Assembly: GCA_937902665.1 (NCBI GenBank)
Contig: CALELM010000046.1
Location: 3,740 to 67,739, forward strand
Length of the DNA stretch: 64,000 nt
From: an uncultured Selenomonadaceae bacterium
GTDB lineage: Bacteria; Bacillota; Negativicutes; Selenomonadales; Selenomonadaceae
Direction of reading: 5' to 3'
Numbering within the stretch: position 1 is the stretch's first letter; each line of letters begins with the position of its first letter. The notes below the pieces were generated by a model that did no database searches, was not told the origin of the DNA, and saw only the letters and a list, made by a program, of their open reading frames with translations. The position numbers were made by a program, and so were the translations under genes. Positions 17,930 through 27,652 of the stretch are shown here, piece by piece.

Positions 17930-19042
17930 ATGAAAAAAATTATTGCAATCGCTTCCATTGCTGTGTGCCTTTTGGGCGTGAACCTGACACCTGCTTTTGC
18001 GGATTCTGCGGTTACGCGCATCAAGGATATCTCCAGAGTGCAGGGTGTTCGCTCCAATCAGCTGATGGGATACGGCTTGGTTGTCGGTCTTAACGGTACG
18101 GGAGATTCCAACAAGACGACGGAAACGATTCAGTCCGTTGTCAATATGCTGAAAAGCTATGGCGTTTCCATTGAGGCGGCAACGCTCAAGCCCAAGAATG
18201 TTGCGGCAGTCATGGTGACAGCGACGCTTCCCCCATTTGTGAGAGAAGGCGATGCGCTGGACGTGACGGTATCCTCCATTGGCGATGCCAAGAGCGTGCA
18301 GGGCGGAACTCTTTTGCAGACACCGCTTCGCGCAGGCAACGGGACGGTCTATGCGGTTGCGCAGGGAGCCGTTTCAACGGGTGGCTTCATGGCAGGAAAT
18401 GGCGGCCAGGGCGTACAGAAGAACTTTCCAACGGTTGGGCTGACACCGAATGGGGCTATTGTGGAACGTACGGTAGAGGATGATATCGGGACGAATGGCA
18501 ACTTGTCTATTTCGCTTGCCAAGGCGGATTTCACGACAGCGGCACGAGTTGCTTCTGCCATCAATGCGCAGTATGGGGGGATTGCAAGGGCAACGAATCC
18601 CGGACGTATCGACGTAGCGATTCCGTCCTATTATCGGGGCAATGTAGTTGGCTTCGTGGCAAGCATTGAGGAACTTCCAGTAACGCCTGACAATATTGCC
18701 AAGGTCGTCATCAATGAGAGGACAGGTACCGTGGTCATGGGCGGAAATGTCTCAGTGGATTACTGCTCTATCACGCAGGGGGGACTCACTATCAAGGTTG
18801 CCCAGTCAGAGGATGCAAATCAGCCGGCACCGTTTTCTTATGGCACGACGGTAGTGACCAAGGCAACCGATACGGAGGCATCGGAGGATAATGCAAAGAC
18901 GATTGTCATGGAATCAACGACAAATGTTGCGGATATCGTAGGCGCATTGAATTCCGTAGGGGCTACGCCGCGCGACATGATTTCCATTTTGCAGGCAATG
19001 AAGGCCGCAGGTGCAATCCATGCAGATCTGGAGATTATTTAA
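17930..19042 (+). CDS. flgI: Flagellar P-ring protein FlgI
   Basis: RIKDISRVQGVRSNQLMGYGLVVGLNGTGD and a C-terminal ILQAMKAAGAIHADLEII. Confidence 0.95.
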   Translation: MKKIIAIASIAVCLLGVNLTPAFADSAVTRIKDISRVQGVRSNQLMGYGLVVGLNGTGDSNKTTETIQSVVNMLKSYGVSIEAATLKPKNVAAVMVTATLPPFVREGDALDVTVSSIGDAKSVQGGTLLQTPLRAGNGTVYAVAQGAVSTGGFMAGNGGQGVQKNFPTVGLTPNGAIVERTVEDDIGTNGNLSISLAKADFTTAARVASAINAQYGGIARATNPGRIDVAIPSYYRGNVVGFVASIEELPVTPDNIAKVVINERTGTVVMGGNVSVDYCSITQGGLTIKVAQSEDANQPAPFSYGTTVVTKATDTEASEDNAKTIVMESTTNVADIVGALNSVGATPRDMISILQAMKAAGAIHADLEII

Positions 19043-19054
19043 GGAGGGATTTTC

Positions 19055-19495
19055 ATGCAGGTTGGTGCTGTTGGCGTAGCGGGATTTCCCACGAACAACA
19101 GTTATGACTCGGCAGCCATGGCGGCGGAATCGGCGGATTTTTCCAAAATGCTGGAGGAAGCGCAGAGGAAGCTGGCAACGGAGCATGGGACGAATCATAT
19201 CGTAAATACGGCAAATATCAACGAGCAGGACAAGCAGCTCAAGGAAGCCTGCAAGGGCTTTGAGACGATGTTTCTGCAGATGATGTACCGTCAGATGAGG
19301 AAGACCGTTCCGGAGAATGCGATGTTCAAGAAGTCGAATGCAATGAACATCTTTGAGGATATGCGGGACTCGGAGCTGATGAAGCAAACCGCAGACGGTG
19401 GCGGCGTAGGGCTTGCTGACCTGATTTACAAGCAGCTTGCACCGTCTGTGCTTCAGCAGGATGCGATGGAACGTGCGCAACATTTGAAAAAATGA
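19055..19495 (+). CDS. flgJ: FlgJ-like rod-binding protein (no peptidoglycan hydrolase domain)
   Basis: 146 aa. The GFETMFLQMMYRQMRKT...GGGVGLADLIYKQL rod-binding signature is the only domain. Confidence 0.8.
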   Translation: MQVGAVGVAGFPTNNSYDSAAMAAESADFSKMLEEAQRKLATEHGTNHIVNTANINEQDKQLKEACKGFETMFLQMMYRQMRKTVPENAMFKKSNAMNIFEDMRDSELMKQTADGGGVGLADLIYKQLAPSVLQQDAMERAQHLKK

Positions 19496-19504
19496 TAGAA
19501 AATG

Positions 19505-19539
19505 GCGGAATATGGTGATATTCCGCTGTTTTATTTTTC
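19505..19539 (+). terminator. Intrinsic terminator after flgJ
   Basis: GCGGAATAT-GGTG-ATATTCCGC stem followed by a T-rich run. Confidence 0.65.
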
Positions 19540-19644
19540 TTGAAATATGATATACTAGTGTACGTCTTATTTAGTGTTGTTGTGTTCGATGCATTCTGCC
19601 TGCATTGCAGAGTGCCGTTGTTGTGATTTGGAGGTCTTGCTTTG

Positions 19645-21108
19645 ATGAAGTTTTTTTCCAAGAGGAATCTCGTATTGGGTACGGTATTGGGGTGTTGCTT
19701 TCAGGCATCTGCTTTTGCGGCATCGCCTTCGATGATATCCAATGTCCGTTTTCACGCGGGTGAGGAGCATGACCGCATTGTTTTTGATATGGATCGCATG
19801 CCGTCTTCCTATGAGGCAAGGACGGCAGAGGATGGCAGGGAGATTGTTCTCGAAATGAAAGGAGTTTCCGCTAAGAAGCTCAAGAAGGATACGATTCGCA
19901 ATGATATGATTGAAAATGTTGCTTACGAGGAAAAAAGGAACAATCTTCAAGTCAGGATAGCGCTGAAGGAAGCTGCGGAGTACAAGGTGGAAAAGCTGCA
20001 GCACCCCGCGAGAGTTTATATTGATGTTTTGAAAAGGTCTCAGAATCCGAGTGCCTTGGAGATGGATGAGAGCCTTTTGGGGGTCAGCATGCCTGGACCG
20101 ACGAGGGATTTTACGCAGATTCAGCTGGCTCCCGGACTCAAAAAGACGATTTATTCGAGATGGAACAGCGATGGGCCGGTGACGGCTTACTTCATTGAAG
20201 CAGATCGCAGCAAATACAAGCTTCAGCCGGCTCTTGATGATGGGCAGGTTCCAGGCTTGGGGACGGTCAGCTATATTGCAGACGAATATGAAGCGGTAGC
20301 GGGTGTCAACGCCAGCTATTTTGCAGGCAACGGAGATATCCTTGGCAATCTCAAGATTGATGGGCTGATTGCGGGGACAACTTATATTTCTCGAACGGCA
20401 ATGGGGATCATGCAGGATGGATCGGTTATTTTCGGAAAACCGAATTACAGCGGAATGGTAACAATTGGAGATGTATCTTGGCCTGTCGGCGGCGTGGATG
20501 CCGAGAGAGGTGCAGACAGCTTGGTTGTTTACAATCGTTTTTACGGGCCTGCAACGAGGACGAACGAGTATGGGCGGGAATACATTGTAAAGGATGGCAA
20601 GGTTGTGGATATCGGGATAGGCAATACGCCGATTCCGGAGGATGGCATGGTGATTTCCGTTCATGGCGCAGCAAAGGAAGCCTTTGATACTGTGGTAATC
20701 GGTGACGATGTGACGGTGGAGCAGGATCTTGGGAATGTATGGAACCAAGCGGAGCAGGTCATGGGGGCAGGGCCTAGGCTGCTGGATCATGGAAATGTGC
20801 ATGTGACAGCGGAAACGGAGGAATTTCCGTCGGATATTCGCCACGGACGCGCACCGCGCAGCGCGTTTGGTGTCACAAAGGAAGGGAATTATGTTCTGGC
20901 TGTTGTAGATGGCAGGCAGGCGAGCAGCCATGGCTGTTCCCTTACGGAGTGGGCAAGCCTCTTGAAGCAGTATGGTTGCGTGGATGCCATGAATTTTGAC
21001 GGCGGTGGATCCAGTGAGCTGGTGGTCGAAGGCACGGTGCAAAATTCTCCTTCGGATGGAGGAGAACGGCGGGTAGGAAGTGCTTTGCTGATACTTCCGA
21101 AGGAATGA
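19645..21108 (+). CDS. Secreted AMIN-domain / phosphodiester glycosidase (NAGPA, DUF2233-like) protein
   Basis: Signal peptide. N-terminal ISNVRFHAGEEHDRIVFDM...EIVLEMKGV is AMIN-like. C-terminal RAPRSAFGVTKEGNYVLAVVDGRQ...AMNFDGGGSS is NAGPA-like. Confidence 0.6.
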   Translation: MKFFSKRNLVLGTVLGCCFQASAFAASPSMISNVRFHAGEEHDRIVFDMDRMPSSYEARTAEDGREIVLEMKGVSAKKLKKDTIRNDMIENVAYEEKRNNLQVRIALKEAAEYKVEKLQHPARVYIDVLKRSQNPSALEMDESLLGVSMPGPTRDFTQIQLAPGLKKTIYSRWNSDGPVTAYFIEADRSKYKLQPALDDGQVPGLGTVSYIADEYEAVAGVNASYFAGNGDILGNLKIDGLIAGTTYISRTAMGIMQDGSVIFGKPNYSGMVTIGDVSWPVGGVDAERGADSLVVYNRFYGPATRTNEYGREYIVKDGKVVDIGIGNTPIPEDGMVISVHGAAKEAFDTVVIGDDVTVEQDLGNVWNQAEQVMGAGPRLLDHGNVHVTAETEEFPSDIRHGRAPRSAFGVTKEGNYVLAVVDGRQASSHGCSLTEWASLLKQYGCVDAMNFDGGGSSELVVEGTVQNSPSDGGERRVGSALLILPKE

Positions 21109-21144
21109 TGATAATTACAAAGGTGAGAAAATTTTTCGTCTAGT

Positions 21145-23313
21145 ATGGAGGTGAATTTTTTGCGTAAGAGATGGAGAAAGGCATTGTTTGCCGGTATGAT
21201 GGCAGCTTTTTTGGAAATGCAGGTAACGCCGGCAAGTGCAATGCCTCCAATCATGCCGGTCAGTGATGTTTACAAGGGCATGACGGGGACGGCTTATACG
21301 GTCATGGATGAGACTGGCGAGCTTCGTTCCTTTGATGTGGAGATTATCGGCATTTCCCGTTCCGGTACGTCTATGCCGTATATTATGGTTCGGGCGTATG
21401 GCCCATTGATGGAGGAAAACGGGGGAATTTTGCAAGGGATGAGCGGTAGCCCTGTTTATGTAGATGATTATTTGGTGGGTGCCGTGTCCATTGGCTTCAA
21501 GGATATGAAGAGAACGACCTTCTTCCTTACGCCGGCAGAGGAAATGGTAAAGCTTTGGGATATGCCGGATGATAAAAACAAGGCAAGAAAGCCCTTGATT
21601 GACCTCAAGGCAGTTGCTGAGAAAAAACGCGCGGACGAGGAAAAAGAGCGGAAGGAAAAGAAGGAAAAAGAAGCTGCAGGCACTGAAAGTAAGCAGGAAG
21701 AAGCAAAGCCATTAGAGGAGGGTACCGGGAAAAAGGAAGTGCCTGCCGAGGAAAAGGAAGCAGCACCTGAGGAAAATGTGTCTGCTGAAGAAAAAGCACC
21801 TGCAGAGGAAAAGGAAGCTTCTGTTGAGGAAGGCTCTGCGGGTGGAGAGGAATCCCAAGTGGATTCGACAGAAAAACCTTCGGGAGAGGAACCTTCGGAG
21901 GACGAGGCTTCGGCTGAGAAAATCGCAGTGGAACTTCCTGAGCAGAAAGCAGAGGAGGAAACGTCTCCTGTGGGTGTTCAGGCAGATGGACAGTTGGAGG
22001 AAAAAGCTGTATTCACGGTTTCCGGATTTGATAATGCCGGCATGAACTATTTGAAGGAGCATGTGTTTCAGCATAATGAGAGTTTGACGGATGCTGTGCT
22101 TCTGGGAGGCTCTGGTTCGGAGAATACGGAATTTGCAGGATTGGTGCCGGGAAGCCCTGTTGGTGTTGCACTTGCCTGCGGAGATTATAATGTCGGTGCA
22201 ACAGGAACCGTTACGGCGGTAGATGGGAACAGAGTCTTAGCTTTTGGGCATTCCTACATGCATACGGGAAACGTCAGTTATTTCATGACGGACGCAACTG
22301 TTTTGGGTGGCATGTCTGGACCGACAGCCGGTATGAAGATGTCAAATATCGGTCGAGTTATTGGGAGAGTCAGCCAAGACAGAACGGCGGGCATTGCAGG
22401 TGAGATTGGCGTATATCCCGTGGCAATTCCCGTGAATGTTCATGTGAAGGATAATACGCTTGGTGTGGAAAGGACGTATGGAACTCGCATTGTCTATGAT
22501 GAGACATTGCTTCCGCAGCTTAGCGCGAGCATGGCATATTCGTCTATGAGCCAGGTTTCCGATGGGCTTAGCGGATGCTCGGCAGATGTCAGCTTCTCCA
22601 TTCGTACAGATGCAGCGGAAAATGGCATGGCAAAGCGCAGGAATATTTTCTACAATGCAACGGATGTTGGTCAGGTTGCGGTATTGGATCTCATTCAGGC
22701 GATGAACATTTTATGCTCGGATGCAGAAAAAGAATCTGAGATTGTTGGTGTGCAGGTGGACGTTACGATGGCAGCGGAGCGAAGGACTGCGGCATTGATT
22801 TCAGCAACGCCGGACAAGCCTAGCGTAAAGCCGGGAGAAACCGTGAACTTCAAGACAGTCATTCATCCTTATCGAAAGGAAAATGAAACTCTGACGATTC
22901 CTTATACAGTACCTAAGAATCAGCTTCCAGGTACTCTGCACTTAGATATTCGAGGGGGAGGACTGATTCCTGTGGCACAGCTTGCAGCACAAAATGCGGG
23001 AGCTTTGCTGGCAGAGGATGGTGCGCCTGTATCGACGAAGGAAAAGCTGAGGGAGTTCCTTCAGACGGGAAGCAACAATGAGATTATCATATCTCCTGGA
23101 GCCCCTGCTGTTCCATTGAGCGAAAAGGAGCAAAAGAAGGCAATCAAGGCAGCAATCAAGGCGGCAAAGGAGAATCCTGCGCAGGAGGAACGCAAGGTGA
23201 ACCTTTTGGGAACGAAAAAGGAAACGGTTTCCAAGGAAACGCGGTTCGCAACAGACTATATCATTGAAAATGTAGTTCATTCTGTTTTGCAGGTAGAAAA
23301 AACTGGAGACTAA
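21145..23313 (+). CDS. Secreted S55 (SpoIVB)-like serine peptidase domain protein with an acidic low-complexity linker
   Basis: Signal peptide. GGILQGMSGSPVYVDDYLVGAVS matches the SpoIVB active-site serine segment. A later segment, GTVTAVDGNRVLAFGHS, resembles the SpoIVB histidine segment. Confidence 0.55.
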   Translation: MEVNFLRKRWRKALFAGMMAAFLEMQVTPASAMPPIMPVSDVYKGMTGTAYTVMDETGELRSFDVEIIGISRSGTSMPYIMVRAYGPLMEENGGILQGMSGSPVYVDDYLVGAVSIGFKDMKRTTFFLTPAEEMVKLWDMPDDKNKARKPLIDLKAVAEKKRADEEKERKEKKEKEAAGTESKQEEAKPLEEGTGKKEVPAEEKEAAPEENVSAEEKAPAEEKEASVEEGSAGGEESQVDSTEKPSGEEPSEDEASAEKIAVELPEQKAEEETSPVGVQADGQLEEKAVFTVSGFDNAGMNYLKEHVFQHNESLTDAVLLGGSGSENTEFAGLVPGSPVGVALACGDYNVGATGTVTAVDGNRVLAFGHSYMHTGNVSYFMTDATVLGGMSGPTAGMKMSNIGRVIGRVSQDRTAGIAGEIGVYPVAIPVNVHVKDNTLGVERTYGTRIVYDETLLPQLSASMAYSSMSQVSDGLSGCSADVSFSIRTDAAENGMAKRRNIFYNATDVGQVAVLDLIQAMNILCSDAEKESEIVGVQVDVTMAAERRTAALISATPDKPSVKPGETVNFKTVIHPYRKENETLTIPYTVPKNQLPGTLHLDIRGGGLIPVAQLAAQNAGALLAEDGAPVSTKEKLREFLQTGSNNEIIISPGAPAVPLSEKEQKKAIKAAIKAAKENPAQEERKVNLLGTKKETVSKETRFATDYIIENVVHSVLQVEKTGD
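21620..21969 (+). repeat. E/K/A-rich low-complexity coding tract
   Basis: It encodes KRADEEKERKEKKEKEAAG...AEEKEAAPEENVSAEEKAPAEEKEASVEE...; only imperfect GAGGAAAAGGAAGC-like reiterations occur at the DNA level. Confidence 0.7.
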
Positions 23314-23409
23314 TCCTGTCTTTTGACTTGTCAGTTTGCTGGTATGATGGTAAACTAGTTCATAATGCTTTATTTAGTTTGATATGCTTGGGAGGATATC
23401 GGGCGCAGA

Positions 23410-24675
23410 ATGGAAAAGTTGATTATAAATGGTGGTCGTCGTTTAGAAGGGCGCGTAAGAATCAGCGGGGCAAAGAATGCAGTGCTTCCTATCATTGCAG
23501 CCGCTCTTTTGGGGCAGGATAAGCCAAGTGTTTTAGATGATGTGCCGGCACTTGAGGACGTGTATACCATCACTGAGGTTTTGAAAAAGTTGGGAATAGA
23601 TGCCGTGTTTCATGAGGAGGAGCGGCAGCTGTTCGTAGACAGTACGAATATTGCTTGCTGTGAGGCACCCTATGACCTTGTGAGAAAGATGCGGGCGTCC
23701 TTTCTCATCATGGGACCGCTTTTAGCGCGTTGCGGGAAGGCGAAGATTTCTTTGCCCGGCGGCTGTGCGATTGGCACAAGGCCTATTGATCTTCATTTAA
23801 AGGGATTCGAGGCTCTTGGTGCAGAAATTCGCAGCGGTCATGGCTATATCGAGGCAGTTGCACCGAATGGATTGAAGGGTGCAAAGATTTATTTGGATTT
23901 TCCGAGTGTTGGTGCCACGGAGAATATCTTGATGGCGGCTTCTATGGCAGAGGGTGTCACTTTGCTGGAAAATCCGGCGCAGGAGCCGGAAATCGTGGAT
24001 CTTGCCAATTATCTCAATGTTATGGGGGCAAAGATTCGTGGTGCGGGAACGAATGTTATCAAGATCGAAGGCCGTCCGAAGCTAGTAGGACGCAGCTATG
24101 CGATTATTCCTGACCGCATCGAGGCAGGCACATATATGGTGGCTGCGGCAATGACGCAGGGTGATGTGTACATCGAGAATGCCATCAGCGAGCATTTGAA
24201 GCCTGTGATTGCAAAGCTGAAGGAAGCTGGTGCGCAGATAGAAGAAAATGTTGATGGGATTCGGGTGAAATGCGCCGGACGCATGAAGGCAGTAGATATC
24301 AAGACACTGCCGTATCCAGGATTCCCAACAGACATGCAGGCACAGTTTATGGCAATGATTGCTGTGGCAAATGGGACTGGCATGGTGACAGAAACTGTTT
24401 TCGAGAATCGGTTTATGCATGTAGACGAGCTGAAGCGGATGGGCGCACATATCAAGATAGATGGGCGTACTTCCATTGTGGAAGGCGTTGATGGCCTGAC
24501 TGGATGCCAAGTCAAGGCTACAGATCTCCGTGCCGGTGCTGCTATGGTGCTGGCGGGCTTGGTAGCAGAGGGAGAGACGCAGATTGGCTATATCCATCAT
24601 ATTGACCGTGGCTATGATTGCCTTGTGGACAAACTGGTGGGGCTTGGTGCAGATATTCGGCGTGTCGATCAATAG
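23410..24675 (+). CDS. murA: UDP-N-acetylglucosamine 1-carboxyvinyltransferase
   Basis: [34 protein letters not shown] and full-length MurA architecture. Confidence 0.95.
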   Translation: MEKLIINGGRRLEGRVRISGAKNAVLPIIAAALLGQDKPSVLDDVPALEDVYTITEVLKKLGIDAVFHEEERQLFVDSTNIACCEAPYDLVRKMRASFLIMGPLLARCGKAKISLPGGCAIGTRPIDLHLKGFEALGAEIRSGHGYIEAVAPNGLKGAKIYLDFPSVGATENILMAASMAEGVTLLENPAQEPEIVDLANYLNVMGAKIRGAGTNVIKIEGRPKLVGRSYAIIPDRIEAGTYMVAAAMTQGDVYIENAISEHLKPVIAKLKEAGAQIEENVDGIRVKCAGRMKAVDIKTLPYPGFPTDMQAQFMAMIAVANGTGMVTETVFENRFMHVDELKRMGAHIKIDGRTSIVEGVDGLTGCQVKATDLRAGAAMVLAGLVAEGETQIGYIHHIDRGYDCLVDKLVGLGADIRRVDQ

Positions 24676-24730
24676 CCATGAGGTGAAAGGGGCGCCTAGA
24701 AAAGGGCTTGCGTTGAAATGGCAAAGCCGT

Positions 24731-24881
24731 TATAACGAAGCTAAGATGTCCCCTTTTTCAACAGCTTGCTGTAAGTGGGGGAAACCAAATTTAAACAAGC
24801 GGTGAGCATATATCCCGCTTCGTTGAAATGCGAATTGGAAGGAAAATGCTTATTGCATTTTCTTGAACAATGGCGTTATAA
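24731..24881 (+). repeat. ~150-bp intergenic repeat element, copy 3
   Basis: Same element and orientation as 11546-11694 and 12243-12392, with scattered substitutions. It lies just downstream of murA. Confidence 0.85.
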
Positions 24882-25052
24882 GATTCTGCTGTGGCAATTT
24901 GGGGCAGTGAACGTTTTGCGTGTAAATACTATGGGAAAAAACTAAAAAAATCTATTGTTTTGTAAACTTTTTTTTAAAAACGATTGCAGGGGAGGGCAAT
25001 GCTTGCTACAATGAATCGTGCAGTAGTGTTTTGGCAGGGAGGGACGTTCTTG

Positions 25053-26957
25053 ATGATCAGAGGGCATCGAAGCAAGGAAAAGATCGAGGCTTACTATCGA
25101 AGCTTTGTAGAGGATGGCATTTTGGATCCGAACGTGCATCCGTGGGTAGCGTCCTCTTGGAGAAGGAGTCAGGAGCTTGGAATTGCTTCCAATGTGATGA
25201 ACCTGTCGCATCGTTTTTGGGACAAGGAGCTGGAAAGACTTCAGGGAAAGCATGCAGGTGCGATTCGTTACCTTGAGAGCATTTGTGAGGGAATTAAGGA
25301 TTTTTTTCGGAAATACAGTGTGGGGCTTTTTTTGCTGGACGCGGATTGCGTGGTGCTGAAGGGGTATGCCCAGCCATTTTATCGAGTGCCTGCCAGTGAT
25401 ATGGAGGGTGTGCGTATTGGAATGGAGGAGATTGGCACCTCAAGTATCAGCATTGCGTTGGAACAGAAGGCTCCCTTTTGGCTGTTTGGGACTGAGATGT
25501 GGGTAAGGGAATGCCAGTGCGGTGATTCCTGTTCCGTACCGGTTTTCGCAGGTGGGAAATGCCGATATCTTATTTCTATGGTTTCGACGGGACAGGGAGA
25601 TATGCCGCAGGATGCGTTGATATCGCTGCTCCTTACGATGCGTACCTCTATGGAGAAGCATTTGGAGGATACCCTTTTGCTTCGGGCGAAGGAAGCAATT
25701 CTAAGTGCAACGCCGTTTGCTGCCTATCATGTGATGTCTGGTGGTGAAGTCGCTTATGCCAATCAGATGGGAAGGACTCGCTTGGAGCAGTTTGGCGAAG
25801 TGGCAGGTGAGCCGGCGAATCTGAAAAATGTTATTATGAATTATAAGCATACGCCGATAAACAAGGGGTTTCGTGGAATTCCTTCCTACAATAAAGAGGT
25901 GACATGGATTACCCAGTCCAAGACCTATGAGGACATCATGACGGTAGTTCCTCTCGAACATGATGGCATGCAGGGCGCAAAGAGCGTGGCTGTGGTGTCT
26001 ATGCCAATCGAGGAGCTTCGTACATTGGTGGCACATGCGGCAGGATATACGGCAAAGTACACGCTGGGTTCTATGGTGGGCGAAGGAATGAATTTCGCAA
26101 GCGTTCGGGACAAGGCGGCACGCGTGGCAAAGAACAGGAATCATGTCCTGATTCAGGGAGAGGCCGGCACAGGCAAGCAGCGTATGGCACATGGAATCCA
26201 TCAGGCAAGTCCTCGTGCGGCAGGGCCCTTGATTTCTCTTCGTTGCGGTGATGTTACGCCTGAGCGTCTGGAGCAGGAGCTTTTTGGAGCTGTGCTTACG
26301 CAGGAGAACAGCCAGCAGGGAAGGCTGGAGCTTGCTTCGGGCGGTACCTTGTTTTTAGATGAGGTGGAAAAAATGCCCAGAGCCATTGCGGACAAGCTGG
26401 CAAAGATTTTGCTTTCCGGCAAGACAAGACGGAATGGGGAGCGCATGGAGCGTTCTGTGGATGTACGCATCATTGCGGCATGTGACAGCGATTTAAAGCG
26501 GCTGGTGGAGAGAGACCTTTTTTCCAAGGACTTGTATGATGTGGTTTCTAAAAGCGTGATTCGCATGCCGTCGCTCAGAAGCAGGCGGGAGGATATTCCC
26601 CGTCTTGCCGTGCATATCGTTTCGGAGCTTGCGGAACAGCATCAGATGGCAGCCAAGGAGATCCTTCCTGAGACAATCGAAATGCTGAAGGACTATGATT
26701 GGCCAGGGAATATCAAGCAACTGCAAAATGTTTTGGAGTATGCTTTCTTTCATACCTCGGATACGGTGATCCGTCCGGCGGATGTCAATGTTATGGGGGA
26801 CGTGAAGCCGGACAACAAGTGGAAGGAGAATCGCGAGGTGTTCTTGAAGGCGTGGAAGGCAGCCGGCGGAAACGTGACGAGGTTGGCAAGCCTTTTGGAT
26901 GTGAGCCGCGTGACGCTCTACCGTTACTTGAAAAAATATGGATTGGAAAAGAAATAG
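25053..26957 (+). CDS. AAA+ enhancer-binding-protein-family regulator (AcoR-like N-terminus, Fis-type HTH) lacking the GAFTGA loop
   Basis: Walker A GEAGTGKQ, Walker B TLFLDEV, and a C-terminal GGNVTRLASLLDVSRVTLYRYLKKYGL. ELFG is followed by AVLTQENSQQG instead of HEKGAFTGA. ATG at 25053 follows GGGAGGGA. Confidence 0.8.
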   Translation: MIRGHRSKEKIEAYYRSFVEDGILDPNVHPWVASSWRRSQELGIASNVMNLSHRFWDKELERLQGKHAGAIRYLESICEGIKDFFRKYSVGLFLLDADCVVLKGYAQPFYRVPASDMEGVRIGMEEIGTSSISIALEQKAPFWLFGTEMWVRECQCGDSCSVPVFAGGKCRYLISMVSTGQGDMPQDALISLLLTMRTSMEKHLEDTLLLRAKEAILSATPFAAYHVMSGGEVAYANQMGRTRLEQFGEVAGEPANLKNVIMNYKHTPINKGFRGIPSYNKEVTWITQSKTYEDIMTVVPLEHDGMQGAKSVAVVSMPIEELRTLVAHAAGYTAKYTLGSMVGEGMNFASVRDKAARVAKNRNHVLIQGEAGTGKQRMAHGIHQASPRAAGPLISLRCGDVTPERLEQELFGAVLTQENSQQGRLELASGGTLFLDEVEKMPRAIADKLAKILLSGKTRRNGERMERSVDVRIIAACDSDLKRLVERDLFSKDLYDVVSKSVIRMPSLRSRREDIPRLAVHIVSELAEQHQMAAKEILPETIEMLKDYDWPGNIKQLQNVLEYAFFHTSDTVIRPADVNVMGDVKPDNKWKENREVFLKAWKAAGGNVTRLASLLDVSRVTLYRYLKKYGLEKK

Positions 26958-26983
26958 ATTGAGGAATCTGCAAGCAAAGGAGA

Positions 26984-27640
26984 ATGGTCGTGCGTTTGAG
27001 AAGAAAACCGTGGGTGGATGAAGCCATTCATGCATACGATGCATTTGTAATTTCCAAGGATCAGCCTCTGGGAGAGGAAAAGAAGGGAGGCTGGAGCAGT
27101 TTGTTTGGACGTGAGGCGGCTCTCCATGTGGAGCTCGGCACGGGCAAGGGCGATTTCATCAGCCAGCTGGCGGAGCGATGCCCAGAGGTGAATTTCATCG
27201 GCATTGAGGCACAGCAGGACGTGCTTTACTCTGCGGCGAAGAAGATTGCGGCAAAGGAGCTTTCCAACGTAAGGCTTTTGGTCTTTGATATCAATTATAT
27301 TGAAAATATCTTTGCCCATGGCGAGGTGGACAGGTTTTATGTCAATTTCTGCGACCCGTGGCCGAAGAAACGCCATGCGAAGCGGAGGCTGACGCATGCT
27401 GGGTTTCTTGAAAAGTACCGCAGGCTTTTGAAGCCGTCAGGGGAGCTTCATTTCAAGACGGACAATCGGCCACTGTTTGATTTTTCCTTGGAACAGTTTG
27501 AGGAGGCAGGGCTTGCGGTGCGGGATGTTTCCTTTGACCTTCATGCGGAGAATCGTTCCGACAATATCATGACGGAGTATGAGCGGAAATTCAGCGGATT
27601 TGGGGAAAAAATCAACCGCTGCGAGGTTGTTTTTCCATGA
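26984..27640 (+). CDS. trmB: tRNA (guanine-N7)-methyltransferase
   Basis: HVELGTGKGDFISQLA, NFCDPWPKKRHAKRRL motifs. Confidence 0.9.
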   Translation: MVVRLRRKPWVDEAIHAYDAFVISKDQPLGEEKKGGWSSLFGREAALHVELGTGKGDFISQLAERCPEVNFIGIEAQQDVLYSAAKKIAAKELSNVRLLVFDINYIENIFAHGEVDRFYVNFCDPWPKKRHAKRRLTHAGFLEKYRRLLKPSGELHFKTDNRPLFDFSLEQFEEAGLAVRDVSFDLHAENRSDNIMTEYERKFSGFGEKINRCEVVFP

Positions 27641-27652
27641 GGGGGAACGTGC

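Noticed and set aside
19567-21042. 491-aa ORF on the minus strand
   Set aside because: It is antisense to the AMIN/NAGPA gene, which has a signal peptide and clear domain motifs. The translation is Arg/His/Cys-rich with no recognisable domain.
21620-21969. E/K-rich tract of the S55-like gene as a tandem-repeat contingency locus
   Set aside because: The DNA reiterations are short and imperfect, with no exact unit repeated head-to-tail. It is better explained as a low-complexity disordered linker.
24889-24905. Sigma-54-like TGGCA...GGCA element upstream of the EBP-family regulator
   Set aside because: The spacing between the GG and GC dinucleotides is one nucleotide off the -24/-12 consensus, and the -12 region lacks TTGC.
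25853-25860. Exact GCCGATAA (sigma-28 -10 consensus) inside the regulator gene
   Set aside because: There is no TAAA-like -35 at the required 15-nt spacing, and it lies deep inside a coding region. It is probably a chance occurrence.
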